From assembly GCA_028534125.1 (NCBI GenBank), contig CM052817.1, forward strand, positions 74,092,001 through 74,156,000: a DNA stretch of 64,000 nucleotides. The letters run 5' to 3'. The notes below the pieces were generated by a model. It made no database searches and was not told the DNA's origin. It worked only from the letters and a program-made list of their open reading frames with translations. This stretch comes from Lama glama. Lineage: Eukaryota. The position numbers and the translations under genes were made by a program. Positions 62,340 through 64,000 of the stretch are shown here, piece after piece (position 1 is the first letter of the stretch; every line of letters begins with the position of its first letter).

Positions 62340-63635
62340 ATGCTGCCAACTCCTGATTTTATATTTGCAGCCCTGACCTCCCACTGAACTTCAGACTCAT
62401 ATCCATTGACTTAAATGACATCTTCACTTGGAAGTCAAACAGGCACTTAAAAATCTATGTGCTGGTAACTAACCTTCACAACATCCCCCACCCCAGTCAT
62501 GCCCTTCTCTACCTGGGGCAACTCCATTCTTCCAATTTCTCATGGTTGGTCACTGACTCCCCTCTGCCTGTGACAACTCAAATCAAATCCACCACAGATT
62601 CGCCTCTACCTTCAAAACACATCCTGAATCTGACCACAGTTCTATCTCCAATGCTGAGGCCCCAATTCAAGCCACTGATTACCATAACTGCCTCCTAACA
62701 GGTCTCCCAGACTCTGCTTTTGCCCTCATAGTCCTCCAGTAACATAGAAGCCAGAGCAATCCTCTTAAAACAGGAGTCAGATCAGCTCACTTCTCTCCTG
62801 AGAACTTCAAAGACTTCTCACCTATCTCAGTCAGCTAGGGCTGCCATAACAAAATACCACAGATTGGGTGGCTCAAACAACTGACATTTATGTCTCACAG
62901 TTCTGGAAGCCAGGAAGTCTGAGATCAAAGTGCTGATTCAGTTCCTAGTGAAGGCTCTCTTCCTGGCTGGCAGAAGGCCACCTACTCACTGCGTCCTCAT
63001 ATGGGGAGGTAAGGAGTGGAGAAAGCTCTGGTCTCTCTTCCTCTTCTTGTAAGGGCACTAATCCCCTCATGAGAGCCCCACCCTCATGACTTCCTCTACA
63101 GCTAATGACTTCACAAAGGCCCCACCTCAAATACCCTCACATAGGGAGTAAGGGCTTCAATGTATGAATTTGGAGGAGCCACAAACATTCAGTCTATAAC
63201 ACCATCTCCCTAGGAGGGAAAGTGAAGGTCCTCACTACCATCTACAAGCTCCCATCACCTTTCTAGTGGCATCACCTATAACCTCCTGCACCCTCACTCC
63301 ACACCATGCCATGCCACATGGGCCTCTGTGCTGCTCTCAGCCACGTCAGGCAAATTTCCAGCTCACTCATCCCAAAAGGCCCTTCCTTTGGGTGTTGCAA
63401 AGCCTGCTCTCTGACTTCCTTTTGGGCTCAGCTCACTTATCACCATCTAACCACGGACAGGCTTTGTTTGTTTAGCCCCAGTCCCTGCCCCTGCCCTTGA
63501 GTATAAGCAGCATAAGGGCAAGGGATTTTGTCAGCTTCGTTCACTGCTGTATCAGTGTGTAGAGGAGTACCTGCAGCATTAAAAAAAAATAGATAAGTAT
63601 TTTAAAAAATTTGCTAAATAGATCAATAAATGACT
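62340..63635 (+). mobile_element. L2, interrupted by an MLT1A LTR
   Basis: agccctgacctcccactgaacttcagactcatatccattgac...gcctcctaacaggtctccc...agccagagcaatcctcttaaaacaggagtcagatca; resumes at 63207 to agggcaagggattttgtcagcttcgttcactgctgtatc. Confidence 0.85.
62823..63201 (-). mobile_element. MLT1A-type MaLR solo LTR
   Basis: agggctgccataacaaaataccacagattgggtggctcaaacaac...tctcacagttctggaagccaggaagtctgagatcaa...gcttcaatgtatgaatttgg...acattcagtctataaca; degenerate 5-bp TSD tcacc/ccatc. Confidence 0.92.
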
Positions 63636-64000
63636 GAGGCTAATTTTGTAGGCCAAGTATAATTCTAAATCTGTAAGAATTTTCCTACAATTCTTGACAT
63701 AGTTCTGTATCCAAAATCAAGCATATCCTCAGTGTTTTGTTTCCCAAAATAATGTAAAATAAAATATATCAAGCAGAACAAGAGAGTTGAGTGAGAGTAA
63801 AGTATAAAAGGGAGTTATTTAAAATCCCATTAGCAAGTTTCATAAACTTGTAAGCCCTTATCTTTCATCCCTTGGTTTCATTCGTGTTTGGTTTCAGAAA
63901 TCCTCATTGAAAAAACTAAATACACTCTTTTGTTTAGGTTTGGGCATGTAATCAACAATCTTTAGCAGCAAACAAACAATAATCCAGCTATTCAGGAGAT

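Noticed and set aside
1..64000. CRISPR arrays, prokaryotic operons, NUMTs, ERV internal genes or a novel multi-gene system
   Set aside because: No regularly spaced repeat-spacer array, no long genuine ORFs, and no mitochondrial or gag/pol/env similarity recognised

Overview
AT-rich mammalian non-coding DNA, most likely from a camelid (a tRNA-Ala-derived vic-1-type SINE at 46445-46570 and cetartiodactyl-type L1 3' ends). I recognise no protein-coding gene, RNA gene or processed pseudogene; the ORF track is explained by repeats, N-gaps and chance. Much of the window is interspersed repeat: MIR, L2, MaLR and ERV1 LTRs, Tigger/hAT DNA transposons and several generations of L1. The most notable items are (1) a young, apparently full-length L1 with a CpG-rich 5' UTR whose ORFs fall in a 500-N gap (53564-55681); (2) a second copy of the same young family with a perfect 16-bp TSD splitting a MIR (9846-10788); (3) an old, near full-length L1MC interrupted by about 1.45 kb of non-L1 genomic DNA ending in an A-tail, possibly an inverted L1 3' transduction (27896-29348); and (4) an intact ERV1 solo LTR with a 4-bp TSD (16901-17541). 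I found no evidence for a previously undescribed biological system. Repeat family names come from recalled consensus sequences, not a database search. Boundaries are approximate unless defined by a TSD or TIR.
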